From IMG/VR virus record IMGVR_UViG_3300020045_015655, positions 1 to 37,790 of that record: DNA of 37,790 nt; one strand, written 5' to 3'. The stretch is from a virus (taxonomy: Duplodnaviria; Caudoviricetes). Of the stretch, positions 17,139 to 27,866 are shown in pieces. The position numbers were made by a program, and so were the translations under genes. Position 1 is the stretch's first letter. The number at the start of each line of letters is the position of its first letter. Below the pieces are notes generated by a model. The model worked only from the letters and a program-made list of their open reading frames with translations. It had not been told where the DNA came from and did no database searches.

Positions 17139-19348
17139 TCTAAGCCCATTTCAGAGATCCACTCTTTTGCAATAGTTTTCCAATTATGCTTTTCTAAATC
17201 AAGATTAACATTTTCCCAAAGTCTATTATTTAAAACTAATCGGCATTGATCGACGTAATCTAGTTTTTCTTCTTCACTTGAACCATTATGATCAAGCATG
17301 ATGGCTTGTCCTTTACTTTCTGCATCGGCTAAAGTATTAGCAAGAGCACCAAGCTTTCTTGTAATCGGGAAAACACCTAGTGCAAGCATCTCAAGACCAG
17401 TTATGCAAAAAGTTTCAATAAAATTACATGGGTGGAGCCAAATAATAGCATCACTCACATCATAATACATTTTTGATTGCTCAGTAAACCCATGATATTT
17501 AATCCAAGGTCTCTCTGCCATCATTGCTTTTAACTTATCAGCAAGAGCACCTAAACCATATTTATAAAGATTGTCTAAACCATAATAAACATGAAGCTCA
17601 ATTTCTGGTCTTACTTTTAATAACTCATCAATAATTAAAATGCATTGTTCAAGACCTCGATCAGGACTACTCATCCAAACAATCTTGTTCTTGTCCTTTG
17701 GCTTTCTTTCAAAATCAAATTTAACTGGATCAATACCATTACGAGATAAGAATATCTTTTCAGGCTTTACATTCTGTTTTGCCATAACATAATTTTTATG
17801 AAACTCAGATAAGCAAATAATCTTATCAAAGTTTTGAATACTCTCAACTGTCGGAGTAGTTAGATCATGACACCACAAATAAGTTTTTGCGTTAGTTAGC
17901 TTTATGTTATGTCTCCAAGCAATATGAATAAGTGGTAAGTTTTCACTCATATACTTATTTAAATGCTTGTTTGAAATATACTCGACACCACTTTCAGCAA
18001 TAAGAGTGTCTTCTCGCATGTTAAACACTTTAACAGGCTTTCCAGTTAATGCGTGTAAATGCCTTGCTATCTGTACTAGCGCAGTCTCACTACCACCAAG
18101 ACCTTTAGTTTTATAAAGCTCTTCATCAAAGGGATATGCAGTCTGCGGAGGGCATGTAATAACAATATCATTAGTCTGCACTTGATTATTATCAAGTTTA
18201 GTTAAGCTTTCAATGTTTGTTATTTCTTCAAGCATCGCTTTTGCTTCATTATCTTGATACTTAGTAAAGCATTCTTTTGCCTCAAGTTTTGCTTGCTCTA
18301 ACCTTCCCATGTTAAAATAGCATTTAGCAAGTTGAAGGCTCGGCACTTTGCCGTAGCAATCTATGAAAGAATAAACAGCACCTTCATAAGCTCCACTCAT
18401 TTCTTTAGGATTAATGCAAACTTTTGCCGCACCATAAAAGCCTATTGCTTTATGTATTTGGCCTTGAAACAAATAAATATCACCACAAGTTACAAAAAAC
18501 TCAGCACGACTCGGTTCAAGCTTAATCCCTTCGATTGCAAAGTTTAAAGCATGAGTTAGCAAAGACATGATTTCTTCTCTTAACTCTGGTTTTAAATTCT
18601 GAGCACTTTGGAAAGCTGAATAAGCAGCATATTGATATGCTAATACTTTATCATGAAACTCGACGTCTTCACATTTAAGAAACTCTTCAAAAGCCCATAT
18701 CGCTTTCTGAGGTTGGCCGTTTTCATAAAGCTCTTTGCCATAATAAAACTTAAGTCTAGTAGGTAAAGCGCCATCTCTAGTTTTAATATCATCAAGGATC
18801 TTTATATTACGAGACTTATCAGCAATCACGTCTTGTTCATCTCTCATATGATTTACAGACCATGAAACTGCATAATCCCTAGACCACTCAGGCTTTATAA
18901 TAATACCTTCATGCAAATCATATTGCCATACTGGATCAAGAGATCGTTTAAAAACTCTTTCTCTTACAAATGATATAATAGGTTTCTTGTCTTTATCTAA
19001 TGCGTAATTGTAAGTATTAAACCAGCAATCAGCAAACTCCATTGCGTATTTCTTCCACTGAATGAAAGCCTCTTTATCACTTAAGCAATCATCTAAGTCT
19101 AACCAACAAATATAATCACAAGTAGCTTTTGAAAATGCAAAATTACGAGCCTTACAAAAAGAATTAACCCATGTGAAGTCATAGACCTCACACCCACGCG
19201 ATAAACCAATTTCTTTTGTCTTATCAGTTGATCCAGTATCAACTAATACAATTTGATCAAAGCATCCAACTACTGAATCAAGTAATCGGTTAATATTCTT
19301 TTCTTCATTTTTCGCAATCAATGCGAGTGTAATTGTAGGGAAGGCCAT
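17135..19348 (-). CDS. Bifunctional glycosyltransferase: GT2, TPR repeats, GT-B (GT4-like)
   Basis: IAKNEE, VDTGSTDKT, F..ARN, WLDLDD, HE (GT2); helical TPR-like repeats; GGSE, SSPDRGL, ETFCIT.LE (GT-B). Confidence 0.88.
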   Translation of the reverse strand: MAFPTITLALIAKNEEKNINRLLDSVVGCFDQIVLVDTGSTDKTKEIGLSRGCEVYDFTWVNSFCKARNFAFSKATCDYICWLDLDDCLSDKEAFIQWKKYAMEFADCWFNTYNYALDKDKKPIISFVRERVFKRSLDPVWQYDLHEGIIIKPEWSRDYAVSWSVNHMRDEQDVIADKSRNIKILDDIKTRDGALPTRLKFYYGKELYENGQPQKAIWAFEEFLKCEDVEFHDKVLAYQYAAYSAFQSAQNLKPELREEIMSLLTHALNFAIEGIKLEPSRAEFFVTCGDIYLFQGQIHKAIGFYGAAKVCINPKEMSGAYEGAVYSFIDCYGKVPSLQLAKCYFNMGRLEQAKLEAKECFTKYQDNEAKAMLEEITNIESLTKLDNNQVQTNDIVITCPPQTAYPFDEELYKTKGLGGSETALVQIARHLHALTGKPVKVFNMREDTLIAESGVEYISNKHLNKYMSENLPLIHIAWRHNIKLTNAKTYLWCHDLTTPTVESIQNFDKIICLSEFHKNYVMAKQNVKPEKIFLSRNGIDPVKFDFERKPKDKNKIVWMSSPDRGLEQCILIIDELLKVRPEIELHVYYGLDNLYKYGLGALADKLKAMMAERPWIKYHGFTEQSKMYYDVSDAIIWLHPCNFIETFCITGLEMLALGVFPITRKLGALANTLADAESKGQAIMLDHNGSSEEEKLDYVDQCRLVLNNRLWENVNLDLEKHNWKTIAKEWISEMGLE

Positions 19349-19357
19349 TTATACTCC

Positions 19358-19888
19358 TTATGTTTTAGTTACTAGTGAAACACTGTTTGTAATTGTTTTG
19401 CTTGCTAATGTGTAAGATGAACCACGCGAAAGAATTGTGAAAGCTCCACTTACTTTGTTATAAGTCGAGTTTCCTTCAAGGTTCTCTTGTATACGCTTTA
19501 AGTATCCAAAAAGATCAACTGGATCAGTTGAGCTAGTCCCAAAGCTAGAAGTTGTTGAACCAATACCTACAGCAATAAAACTTAATGATGAGTTTTGAGC
19601 AACAATTGTATTACCATATTCATCAGCTCTATCACTTGGATCAAGTTGACCGCTAACATAACGGCCAACACTACCAGGACTTGTAGTCGCCGCATCACAT
19701 AGAAATGCTATTGGAGTCGTAGTTCCCCACTGAAATTTATAAATACCAGTATTAGCAAATAACTCACTAATAGCAGGCGGTGTAATTGTCGCACCTGTCG
19801 CCATATTAACAAAAAATAAAAACGTGGCGTTAAGACCTGTATAGGTTCTTGGATCGCCTGTCCCGAATCTTACACCATAAGTTTTCAT
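19358..19888 (-). CDS. Ser/Thr-rich structural protein
   Basis: AGGAG SD; T/S/G-rich; located in the late operon. Confidence 0.6.
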   Translation of the reverse strand: MKTYGVRFGTGDPRTYTGLNATFLFFVNMATGATITPPAISELFANTGIYKFQWGTTTPIAFLCDAATTSPGSVGRYVSGQLDPSDRADEYGNTIVAQNSSLSFIAVGIGSTTSSFGTSSTDPVDLFGYLKRIQENLEGNSTYNKVSGAFTILSRGSSYTLASKTITNSVSLVTKT

Positions 19889-19891
19889 TAT

Positions 19892-20071
19892 TTATTTTCC
19901 TTCAATTGGTTCTTCTTTTTCTTCTTCTTTTATTATTTCTGGCTTGCTTTGTTCTGCATACATACTATGAAGCTTGTTTATCAAATGATAAGTCCTCTTA
20001 GCCGTTAACTCGCCAAGCCCATCAAGACATAAGTTTAGTTCTTCTAATGTTAACTCAACTTTATAAGTCAT
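19892..20071 (-). CDS. 59-aa protein after the tail fibre, possible chaperone (not in the ORF track)
   Basis: AAGG SD; MTYKVELTLEELNLCLDGLGEL... Confidence 0.65.
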   Translation of the reverse strand: MTYKVELTLEELNLCLDGLGELTAKRTYHLINKLHSMYAEQSKPEIIKEEEKEEPIEGK

Positions 20072-20087
20072 AAAAACCTTTCTTCTA

Positions 20088-21512
20088 TTAAATAATATTT
20101 TCTAAATTCTGCACTCTCAATTGTAATTCATTATTTTTTTGTGATAGTTCTTTTATCGCAGAAACTAATAATGGAATAACATCCGTATAACCTAGGCCTA
20201 ATGTTTTATCTTTATCTTTATTTACTTCTACGGCTTCCGGTAAAACTTTTTGCACATCTTGAGCAATTAAAAATACTCTTCGTTTACTCTCGTTATCATA
20301 TTTATACCTACCTATAACTGACCTTAAAGTGTTTACTTTATTTAATCCGTCGGTAATTGGTTCAATAATAACTTTTTTTCTTTCATCCGATGTTGTAACC
20401 CAAACAACGCCTGTGTTTGTTAAATAAACACCATATGTTCCAATAGTAGTAGATCCTGTGCCAACATAAAAATTAGTGTCTGCTGCTGTACTTTTCATTC
20501 CCATGGTCATTTGAACTTGACCAGACTTTTCCATATAAAGAATAGTATTAGTATCCGCAGCGCCAAAAACATTCAAAGTTCCAATTGTTAAAGCAGTCGC
20601 TCCAAAAGTTGTTTTACCAGAAGTGTCTATGGTTTGTCCAAGTGTGGCTCCATTGTTTCCAACTTTAAATAAAATTGAATCAGAAGTCCCAACTCCTGAG
20701 GTTGATTTTAAAGTTAAAGAAGAGCTGGCACTAGTCCCGCCAATTAATATCGGAGAAGTCGCGCTTATATCAAAAGTAGGACTTTGATTAAAGACAGCTG
20801 CACCGGTGCCTGTGCTACTCGTTAGTGCTGTACGCAAATTATCACTCGAAGGTGTAGCTAAAAATGTTGCGACTCCAGTCCCTAAACCCGAAACACCTGT
20901 ACTTATTGGTAAGCCCGTACAATTTGTTAATGTGCCAGAGGTTGGTGTGCCTAAAGCGGGAGTCGTAAACGAAGGACTTATCAACGGAGCTTTTAAATTC
21001 ATTTGCGTTTGAATTGCAGAAGTTACACCACTAACATAACCAAGCTCTGTCGAAGTTGTTGCTGATTCTGTAATTTGTGAACTAGCATTTGTTATAACTG
21101 CGCGTGATGCGGTAATAGTTGTTGTGATAGTGCCACTTAAAGAAATATTTGAAATTGTCGGCGCAGTCCCAAAGACTAAAGCATTAGTCCCAGTCGTTCC
21201 CGTTGCGCCTGATAAATATCCAACTTGAGTAGAAGTACTAGCTGACTGAGTAAGTTGAGATGAAGCATCCGTAACAACTGCACGTGATGCGGTAATAGTT
21301 GTTGTGATAGTGCCTGATAGTGAAATGTTAGTTAAAGTAGAAGTCCACTTAACACCCGTTGCTTGAGCGTTATCAGCAACAAGTACAGTGTTATCAGCGC
21401 CTACGGTTAAAGTTGTAGGTGTGTTAAGCGATTGACCTACAATAAGAGCGCCTTTTGCAGTCATAAAAGCACTTACACTCTCACCATATTGTCCAAATAG
21501 CATCATAATCAC
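20088..21512 (-). CDS. Tail fibre with C-terminal peptidase S74 intramolecular chaperone
   Basis: T/S/G-rich shaft; SDERKK...LIAQDVQKVLPEAV...Y..VIPLLVSAIKEL. Exact start uncertain (GTG 21512 or a downstream ATG). Confidence 0.85.
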   Translation of the reverse strand: MIMMLFGQYGESVSAFMTAKGALIVGQSLNTPTTLTVGADNTVLVADNAQATGVKWTSTLTNISLSGTITTTITASRAVVTDASSQLTQSASTSTQVGYLSGATGTTGTNALVFGTAPTISNISLSGTITTTITASRAVITNASSQITESATTSTELGYVSGVTSAIQTQMNLKAPLISPSFTTPALGTPTSGTLTNCTGLPISTGVSGLGTGVATFLATPSSDNLRTALTSSTGTGAAVFNQSPTFDISATSPILIGGTSASSSLTLKSTSGVGTSDSILFKVGNNGATLGQTIDTSGKTTFGATALTIGTLNVFGAADTNTILYMEKSGQVQMTMGMKSTAADTNFYVGTGSTTIGTYGVYLTNTGVVWVTTSDERKKVIIEPITDGLNKVNTLRSVIGRYKYDNESKRRVFLIAQDVQKVLPEAVEVNKDKDKTLGLGYTDVIPLLVSAIKELSQKNNELQLRVQNLENII

Positions 21513-21531
21513 CTCAATAAATTAACCAAAT

Positions 21532-21569
21532 AAAATAAAAAACTTCCCTTCTAATAAAAGAAAGGAAGT
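21532..21569 (-). terminator. Rho-independent terminator after the head gene block
   Basis: 11-bp stem (21542-21552/21559-21569, one G-U) followed by a U-tract on the - strand. Confidence 0.7.
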
Positions 21570-21584
21570 CTTAATTAAAACGTA

Positions 21585-22034
21585 TTACAATAAGCCGAAA
21601 TGAACTTTAATATCTTGGATTGGTTTAACTACTACAGTTAAAGCAAGTCCTGTTACCGCTGTGTTAGCAACGCCACTTTGAACCATTAACACGTCATTTG
21701 GTAATAGGTTCATAAGAGTAGAACCCCAAGTCATAACCATGCCAGAAGTCCCAGTCCCAGCTACGCCCGATGTTCCGAATGCACTTGGCACGTTAGAAGT
21801 CCCAGTAGCAACTGTAATTGCAGTAGCTCCCGCACCTGCAATAAATCTATTGATCACAAGAGCATAATTTGGTGCACCTGATAATCCAAATGCAGCAATT
21901 TGGCCCATCTCTAATACACAAGGGTAAGGTATATGCGCCACAGTCGCAGTCACTCCCGTTGCAAATGCCCCAGCATTAAAAGTAAATGTCTTTCTTTGCT
22001 CAGTAGTATCTTTTGTTCTATTAATAACTCCCAT
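21585..22034 (-). CDS. Putative capsid decoration/cement protein
   Basis: AGGAG SD; A/G/T-rich beta protein shortly after the capsid gene. Confidence 0.55.
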   Translation of the reverse strand: MGVINRTKDTTEQRKTFTFNAGAFATGVTATVAHIPYPCVLEMGQIAAFGLSGAPNYALVINRFIAGAGATAITVATGTSNVPSAFGTSGVAGTGTSGMVMTWGSTLMNLLPNDVLMVQSGVANTAVTGLALTVVVKPIQDIKVHFGLL

Positions 22035-22049
22035 TTTAAACTCCTTAAT

Positions 22050-22517
22050 TTATATTTTTATTGATTTATCTTGTATGCGTCTTCGATCTTTACTCATATC
22101 GAAATTTGAAGTGTTCACATCCTTAAAAGTATTCTTAAACTGATCTCGAAACTCATAGAGAAAATTCTCAGTCTGGTTTCTTCGATCCTTATCTATACTT
22201 TCAATGTGCTTTTCTTCTTGAACCTCAAGCTCTTTAACTATATCCCTTTGCCATAAATCTAATTGACAGAGCCTTTCCCAAATTCTCTCTTTACCCCACT
22301 CAACTGAACGACCTGTTTTTTTATTGTTGTCAGTTAAAGCAAAGACAAAATGAGGAGTAAGTCGCAGTACTCGAATTATATCCTGATCGTTTAAGTTGAA
22401 AGTATCATAATAATACCCCTCCCTATAAATACACAGCTTCCCTTCTGCATTTTTACTACAGAAGAGCTTCTCATCATACTTTTTCACAAAATCAGATAAT
22501 ACTTTCGCACGACTCAC
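22050..22517 (-). CDS. Hypothetical protein downstream of the capsid gene
   Basis: AGGAG SD before GTG 22517. Confidence 0.65.
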   Translation of the reverse strand: MSRAKVLSDFVKKYDEKLFCSKNAEGKLCIYREGYYYDTFNLNDQDIIRVLRLTPHFVFALTDNNKKTGRSVEWGKERIWERLCQLDLWQRDIVKELEVQEEKHIESIDKDRRNQTENFLYEFRDQFKNTFKDVNTSNFDMSKDRRRIQDKSIKI

Positions 22518-22540
22518 TTTTAAAAACTCCTTAATTAAAA

Positions 22541-23773
22541 TTATGGGGTTGTGTAACCTTGTAGAACACCGCACGCTGCAGGTTGTTCGTTAAACATGTT
22601 GGTGAAATGTCGAATTCTGACTTCTAATGCATCTACGTCGGTTTGTGCGATATACATAGAACCAGTTTCATCAGCAAATTCCATTGCTGCAAGCTCATAC
22701 ATTTTAAGCACTTCTGCAGGTAAAAACATAAACTTAAGGCTCATATCTTTGTCTGGGACCACCGGGCATCCATTAAAGTCGAGATAAAATTTACCTTTAG
22801 AACCGAAAGTTCCGTCACCTTCACTAGTGTTTGCATAACGCTTATCAGGCGTTAATAATTTTTGATAATAACGAATTGATGTAAAATCAGTCCATACCGC
22901 ATTGTAACCGTTTACGTTACCACGTCTTAAACCTTCGTTAAATGGAGTTTGCATAGCATCTATTGAAAGTACTGTATTCCCAGTTGTTGAAAGATCAGTT
23001 ACGTTACCTTGATATGCTAAGTTAGTTGATCGATCTACTGAATAAACTGTAGAAGTCGCACCATCAAGAGCATACAATAAACCTTGTACTTCATTGTTTA
23101 ATGAACCAGTTCGAATCAATACATGGCCAACACTTGCAGTAACAGGTTGATCAAGAACTAATGTAGCAGTCGCAGAAATTGCCGTTCCACTAGAAATTGA
23201 ATTTACTGTAATACCACTAGCTACCATAACACCCGCAGTTGTTACGATATCAAAAGTAGTATTCACATCAATATACTTAAGCGCAGTTTCGCCAGTTGTT
23301 CTGCCACCAATGACAAGAGAAGTTGATGCTACCGCTGCCGTAGATACCAAAGCTAGATCGCCAGTTCCGTCCCATGACAATTGTCGTGACAGCTCAGTTT
23401 TTAAATCTTTATAGCCCATCTCTAATTCATAAGCCGCTGATCTCACAAATGATCCTACATCACTTTGAGATGCTTTGATCATCGGGCCTGTTACTCCGAA
23501 TCTAAGATAGTTATACTTTGCCGCAATAATTGCTTGCACAGTAGTTTGGCGACCGATCTTTGGTAAGTTACCGCCATCGCTAGTAGCTCCAACACCTTGG
23601 TTTCTAGATGTGCGAAGTGGTCTGATTACTTGATAACCTGACCAGCCTTGTTTCACTTTTTCGCAAGCTCTATATATGGGTATCTCTTCATTTATAAGAT
23701 CGATGATAGGACCTTGATAGTAATTTTTTAATTCAGCGAGCCCCGAGCTCACCCCTTGGAATGCATTAGCCAT
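22541..23773 (-). CDS. Major capsid protein
   Basis: 410 aa directly after the scaffold; LK.YY.G, LP..G.Q, .WDGTG, F.G.PVV.D pattern. Confidence 0.85.
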   Translation of the reverse strand: MANAFQGVSSGLAELKNYYQGPIIDLINEEIPIYRACEKVKQGWSGYQVIRPLRTSRNQGVGATSDGGNLPKIGRQTTVQAIIAAKYNYLRFGVTGPMIKASQSDVGSFVRSAAYELEMGYKDLKTELSRQLSWDGTGDLALVSTAAVASTSLVIGGRTTGETALKYIDVNTTFDIVTTAGVMVASGITVNSISSGTAISATATLVLDQPVTASVGHVLIRTGSLNNEVQGLLYALDGATSTVYSVDRSTNLAYQGNVTDLSTTGNTVLSIDAMQTPFNEGLRRGNVNGYNAVWTDFTSIRYYQKLLTPDKRYANTSEGDGTFGSKGKFYLDFNGCPVVPDKDMSLKFMFLPAEVLKMYELAAMEFADETGSMYIAQTDVDALEVRIRHFTNMFNEQPAACGVLQGYTTP

Positions 23774-23807
23774 AATTATATCCTTTCAATTATGCAAACT
23801 AATAACT

Positions 23808-24665
23808 TTACTCTCTGCCTGAGAGATCCCTAATAGCGTTTTTAGTAACTTCGCCTAAGTTTTTAAACTTCTGCGGAGCTCTTCCTAAAGTGCCACCACC
23901 TGAATCTACATCACGAGATTTATTGTTTGCTTCTGTTTGTTTTTTTACCAAATCTCCATATTTAGCTTTAACGAAGCCTTTCATTTGCTCATCTACAGTC
24001 TTAAAAGCAGTTTCCCATGTGTCACTAGTCACTTTCTCACCTCGATTAAGAGCTTCATATACTCGGCCAATTGCCATTTCTGGAATAGCGTCACCGTATT
24101 TCTTTGAAAGCTTATCAATAGTGGAATTTATTTCTTGAGTGTTTTTTGCGACCTCTTGCTCATGGTAAAATGTTTCAAGTTTTTGCATACGAGACATCAT
24201 TTCAACATCGTATTGTGGCTTAGCTTGTTGTTGAGACTGATTAGCACTTTGAGTATTAGTCGAATCTTGACCTAAAACTTGTTTCAAATATGAATGAAAT
24301 TTCTCAGGGTATAATTTGATAAACTCATTTGCTAATGAAGGATTATTCTTAACATTGTTTAAATCATAATAAAGATTCTCATAAAACTTCTGTTCACTTT
24401 TAAAAGATTCTCTCTCTTGACTTAAAGATTGTGTTTTTTGAGTGTAATCCCTTTGCCTTAACATCGCTGCCTCAAGGTCTTTTGGAGTCATCTCTTGACC
24501 TTGATATTTAAATTTACTTAACTTTTCTAATTCGTAAACCGTTGGCTCAATAGAACCCTTATCAAGATCCTTTGTCCAATCGGTATTACTAAATACATCT
24601 TTACTGCTAGTACTTTCAGGGGAGTTTAGAGTGGTATTGCTACCTTGTTCTTGATTGTCTTGCAT
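23808..24665 (-). CDS. Capsid scaffolding protein
   Basis: RQRDYTQKTQ motif; coiled coil; position. Confidence 0.8.
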   Translation of the reverse strand: MQDNQEQGSNTTLNSPESTSSKDVFSNTDWTKDLDKGSIEPTVYELEKLSKFKYQGQEMTPKDLEAAMLRQRDYTQKTQSLSQERESFKSEQKFYENLYYDLNNVKNNPSLANEFIKLYPEKFHSYLKQVLGQDSTNTQSANQSQQQAKPQYDVEMMSRMQKLETFYHEQEVAKNTQEINSTIDKLSKKYGDAIPEMAIGRVYEALNRGEKVTSDTWETAFKTVDEQMKGFVKAKYGDLVKKQTEANNKSRDVDSGGGTLGRAPQKFKNLGEVTKNAIRDLSGRE

Positions 24666-24706
24666 GAAACTTCCTTTTAAATTTAATTAGTCCTTATCAG
24701 TAAGAA

Positions 24707-25084
24707 CTAAGCTCTTTTCATTCCTTGTAATTTTGCTTTTGCACCCATTGCTGCGCGCTCTGCTAAGCCGTTTGATTCACGTCCTGGCATAGATCTGTCA
24801 GATAATGCGGCAAGTATCTGTCTCAGAATATCTGACTCACCTTTTTCTTGATTAACTAACTCACCTATTTGTGAAGCCTCGCCCATTTCGTATTCATCAC
24901 TTTCAGGTGCAAGATCGTTTTCTTCTCGCAATCTTTTTTCATCCATAAGTGAATCACCCTCACCTTCTGAATATTCTGCACCAATTTGTGGTTTTCCGAC
25001 ACCGATAGGAACTTCTAAATCAGGCTTTTTACCTGATTGGTGCTCTTGCATTTTTCTTTTTAAAGCTTCCTTCATTGCGTCCAT
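24707..25084 (-). CDS. Acidic hypothetical protein
   Basis: Between portal and scaffold. Confidence 0.65.
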   Translation of the reverse strand: MDAMKEALKRKMQEHQSGKKPDLEVPIGVGKPQIGAEYSEGEGDSLMDEKRLREENDLAPESDEYEMGEASQIGELVNQEKGESDILRQILAALSDRSMPGRESNGLAERAAMGAKAKLQGMKRA

Positions 25085-25087
25085 AGT

Positions 25088-27223
25088 CTAAACTCCTTGA
25101 CCTGAATTTTGTTGATGAATTGATTGAGTCATTTGATTCACATTAGGTAATTGGCTTGGTGGTGTTTGCATTTCACTTTGAGGTAAAGGCATGTCACCTT
25201 GATTATCATTCATAGGGACTTGACCTTGTTGCATTTGATTTACACCATGCTCTGCCATGTTTTGAGTTTGTTGCAATCCTGGGTTTAGTATGTTTGTTGC
25301 TGCATTTATGCGCCACTCCATTACCCAGAAGAACAAAGATTTTTGCTGATCAGATAAACCATTAAATTTGTCTTCTAATCTATACTCGTTCATTATTTCT
25401 AAATGAACTGCATGATTATCAAACTCATTCATGTTTTGTCTTAATAAGATCTGGTCACTTGTTTCAATAGCTTTAAGCACTCGCTTAACTTGTGCTTCAT
25501 CTAAAGCTTGTTTCTTCCATATCTCATTAGCGTCACCAAACTCTGTCATTTTTAATACATGAGAGATAACTTTAGGATCTTGAGGATTGCCCATTAATCC
25601 CATTTGATAACGAGAAAGTATTTCTTGATTACGTAAAACTTTAGATTGTGGAACGGTAGAGCCTTCAATCACAATAACATCATGGTTATCAAGTAATTGA
25701 TCACCCATAAAGTCTTTAACACAATATCCTAAGCCATCACCTGCAGTCTTAATCATACGAGGTAATTTATAGTTCTTACCTACATACTTTAAGATGAGAG
25801 TGCCAATTCTAGCGTAAGCCGTTTCATTACGTGAGGTTTGAACACCTATTCTAGTTTGATCTTGTTCTTGTAAGAAAGCCATACCACTAGCAGGTATGGA
25901 AGCACTTGGTAATTCACCTCGACTGACTTCATTAATACCAGAAACAAAATCAAACTCACTGTTTAAGTTTTCAACTTCTTTAAACATGTAAGGTGGAATT
26001 TGTGGAATAGTCATAGCAGTTGGTGGTGGCGCATTTGGAACTACATTGTACTCAACTACCTCGCCACTATCATTATTAAGTGACTCTTGTCCAAGACCTG
26101 CACCTTTTGCGACTAGATACTTGCCTGCAAGCATCTTTCTTACCCAGTCTGCCATTTTGGTACGACTGACATTATATTGATCTTGGATAGGTCTTAAATG
26201 AGTGATGATTGCTTCACTATTATAACGACCACCGATAATCATATCGTCAATCTTTACTATATCAAACTCACCAACTGGTAACTCTTTGTCTTCTAGCAAA
26301 ACTCCATTAGCGCAAACTACCATACGGCCATTAGGATGATCTTTACTTCGCTTTTCATAATAGACAATTTCAATAGCACTATTCTTCATTTGATCATGAG
26401 TTTGAGCACCAACTATACCAACACTTGTTAGTGAGTTAGTTTTCATGTCATAAGTCGCAGACAAAAGCCAAGTTGACTCTTCTTTCACTAGATGACCTCG
26501 GTCTGGATATCTAGATCTGAAATATTCAAGCTTTCTTGTTTTTGCTTTAATCAGATATTGAGCATCGTCTATATTCTTTGCTGCAGGATCGGGAAACACT
26601 TCTAAACAATTTAAAACCTCAAGCTTAACGTCACCTTCATAACCATTAAACTCACCTGTATCAGGATCGATCATTGGTTTACCTAAATTTGGATCCCAAA
26701 CTGTTTGAATATAAGCATGACCACCTTGCATTGCCATCATAAGAGCATCTTGACGTTTTTGATTAAATCTTTGTTTTTCAAAAATATCTGTAATTACTTC
26801 TAAACCCAAACGACATGCATCTTTGTCTTCGGTAGAATTAGAGTTAGGTCTTACTTCATACCTTGGCGGGTTTTGTGTAAGTCTTGCTAGCCTATTTTGA
26901 ATAGTTGGCAAGATCTTATTAACTTTATATCTATTGCGACTTAGCTTTCTTTTTGGATCGATATTTCTAAATTGACGATAAGCAGTGTCATAGTATACTC
27001 CGTCAAACCCAAGTAAATAGGCTACGTTACACATATACACGCCTTCAATTGCAATGCGTGAATTAGTTTGTCTTGTCGAATCTATCTTTTCTTTGATATA
27101 CTCAACAAGCTTTATCTCATCAGGTGATTGATCTGATATCTCTTTAATAGGCTCTAATTCTTGAGCATCTTTTTTAGAACCGAAAAGCTTCTTAGTAATA
27201 TCAGATAACTGCATTAGTGCCAC
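25088..27223 (-). CDS. Portal protein (P22-like)
   Basis: 711 aa; NKI.P, EV.P, VFPDP.A, LRPIQDQYN, SGI....G; Q/P-rich tail. Confidence 0.88.
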   Translation of the reverse strand: MALMQLSDITKKLFGSKKDAQELEPIKEISDQSPDEIKLVEYIKEKIDSTRQTNSRIAIEGVYMCNVAYLLGFDGVYYDTAYRQFRNIDPKRKLSRNRYKVNKILPTIQNRLARLTQNPPRYEVRPNSNSTEDKDACRLGLEVITDIFEKQRFNQKRQDALMMAMQGGHAYIQTVWDPNLGKPMIDPDTGEFNGYEGDVKLEVLNCLEVFPDPAAKNIDDAQYLIKAKTRKLEYFRSRYPDRGHLVKEESTWLLSATYDMKTNSLTSVGIVGAQTHDQMKNSAIEIVYYEKRSKDHPNGRMVVCANGVLLEDKELPVGEFDIVKIDDMIIGGRYNSEAIITHLRPIQDQYNVSRTKMADWVRKMLAGKYLVAKGAGLGQESLNNDSGEVVEYNVVPNAPPPTAMTIPQIPPYMFKEVENLNSEFDFVSGINEVSRGELPSASIPASGMAFLQEQDQTRIGVQTSRNETAYARIGTLILKYVGKNYKLPRMIKTAGDGLGYCVKDFMGDQLLDNHDVIVIEGSTVPQSKVLRNQEILSRYQMGLMGNPQDPKVISHVLKMTEFGDANEIWKKQALDEAQVKRVLKAIETSDQILLRQNMNEFDNHAVHLEIMNEYRLEDKFNGLSDQQKSLFFWVMEWRINAATNILNPGLQQTQNMAEHGVNQMQQGQVPMNDNQGDMPLPQSEMQTPPSQLPNVNQMTQSIHQQNSGQGV

Positions 27224-27241
27224 TTCCCTAGCTAAAACTGA

Positions 27242-27484
27242 TTACATGATGATTGAATTTAACTCTCTTAAAAGCTCGTCTTCTTTGACTTGTTCATTTT
27301 CTTGAGTGGCTTCATTTGGGAAGTGAGCACCTTGTTCAAGATTTTTTGACTGAACAAATTCAGGGTAGTTTTTGCACATAACTTTGTCAACTAATGCATT
27401 AACTTGTTTTTGATAAAACAATACTGTTATTACATTGAGCATTATAAGTAATACGATTACTCCAAAGAAAATAAGCTCTGTCAT
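27242..27484 (-). CDS. Single-TM membrane protein
   Basis: N-terminal TM helix; LVDKVM motif. Confidence 0.65.
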   Translation of the reverse strand: MTELIFFGVIVLLIMLNVITVLFYQKQVNALVDKVMCKNYPEFVQSKNLEQGAHFPNEATQENEQVKEDELLRELNSIIM

Positions 27485-27852
27485 TATAAACCTTCGTGTT
27501 TTTGCTTTGAAACGTGTTCTAGATATTGCTCACCGCTCATTTTGTCTTCTTTTTCTAAAGCATCACGAGTGCCTTTTAAATAAATCTTTATTCCAGGCGA
27601 GCCATAGGTAAGATAACGAGACTTTGAATTTTTAAGTAAGTATTTAAAAAGCTTCTCACCTACTTCGATATACTCTTCATCATTCATTTGAGCGGCCCCT
27701 ATTGCCATACGAAAAGATTCTGGATCATCAACGTAGGTTATTTCTTTTTCTTCTTTAACTAGACTTTCATCTAGCTCAGGCATTGTGTAAATTTCGCCAA
27801 TTGACTCAGCGATCCCGAATTTGTCCATTGGTGTTATTCTTTGTTTTGCCAT
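27484..27852 (-). CDS. Hypothetical protein
   Basis: AGGAG SD; 122 aa. Confidence 0.7.
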   Translation of the reverse strand: MAKQRITPMDKFGIAESIGEIYTMPELDESLVKEEKEITYVDDPESFRMAIGAAQMNDEEYIEVGEKLFKYLLKNSKSRYLTYGSPGIKIYLKGTRDALEKEDKMSGEQYLEHVSKQKHEGL

Positions 27853-27866
27853 AATATTAACTCCTT

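Noticed and set aside
8198-24138. Short + strand ORFs antisense to structural genes (8198, 9392, 11209, 18332, 20806, 22596, 23890)
   Set aside because: They lie fully inside long motif-bearing genes and show no motifs of their own.
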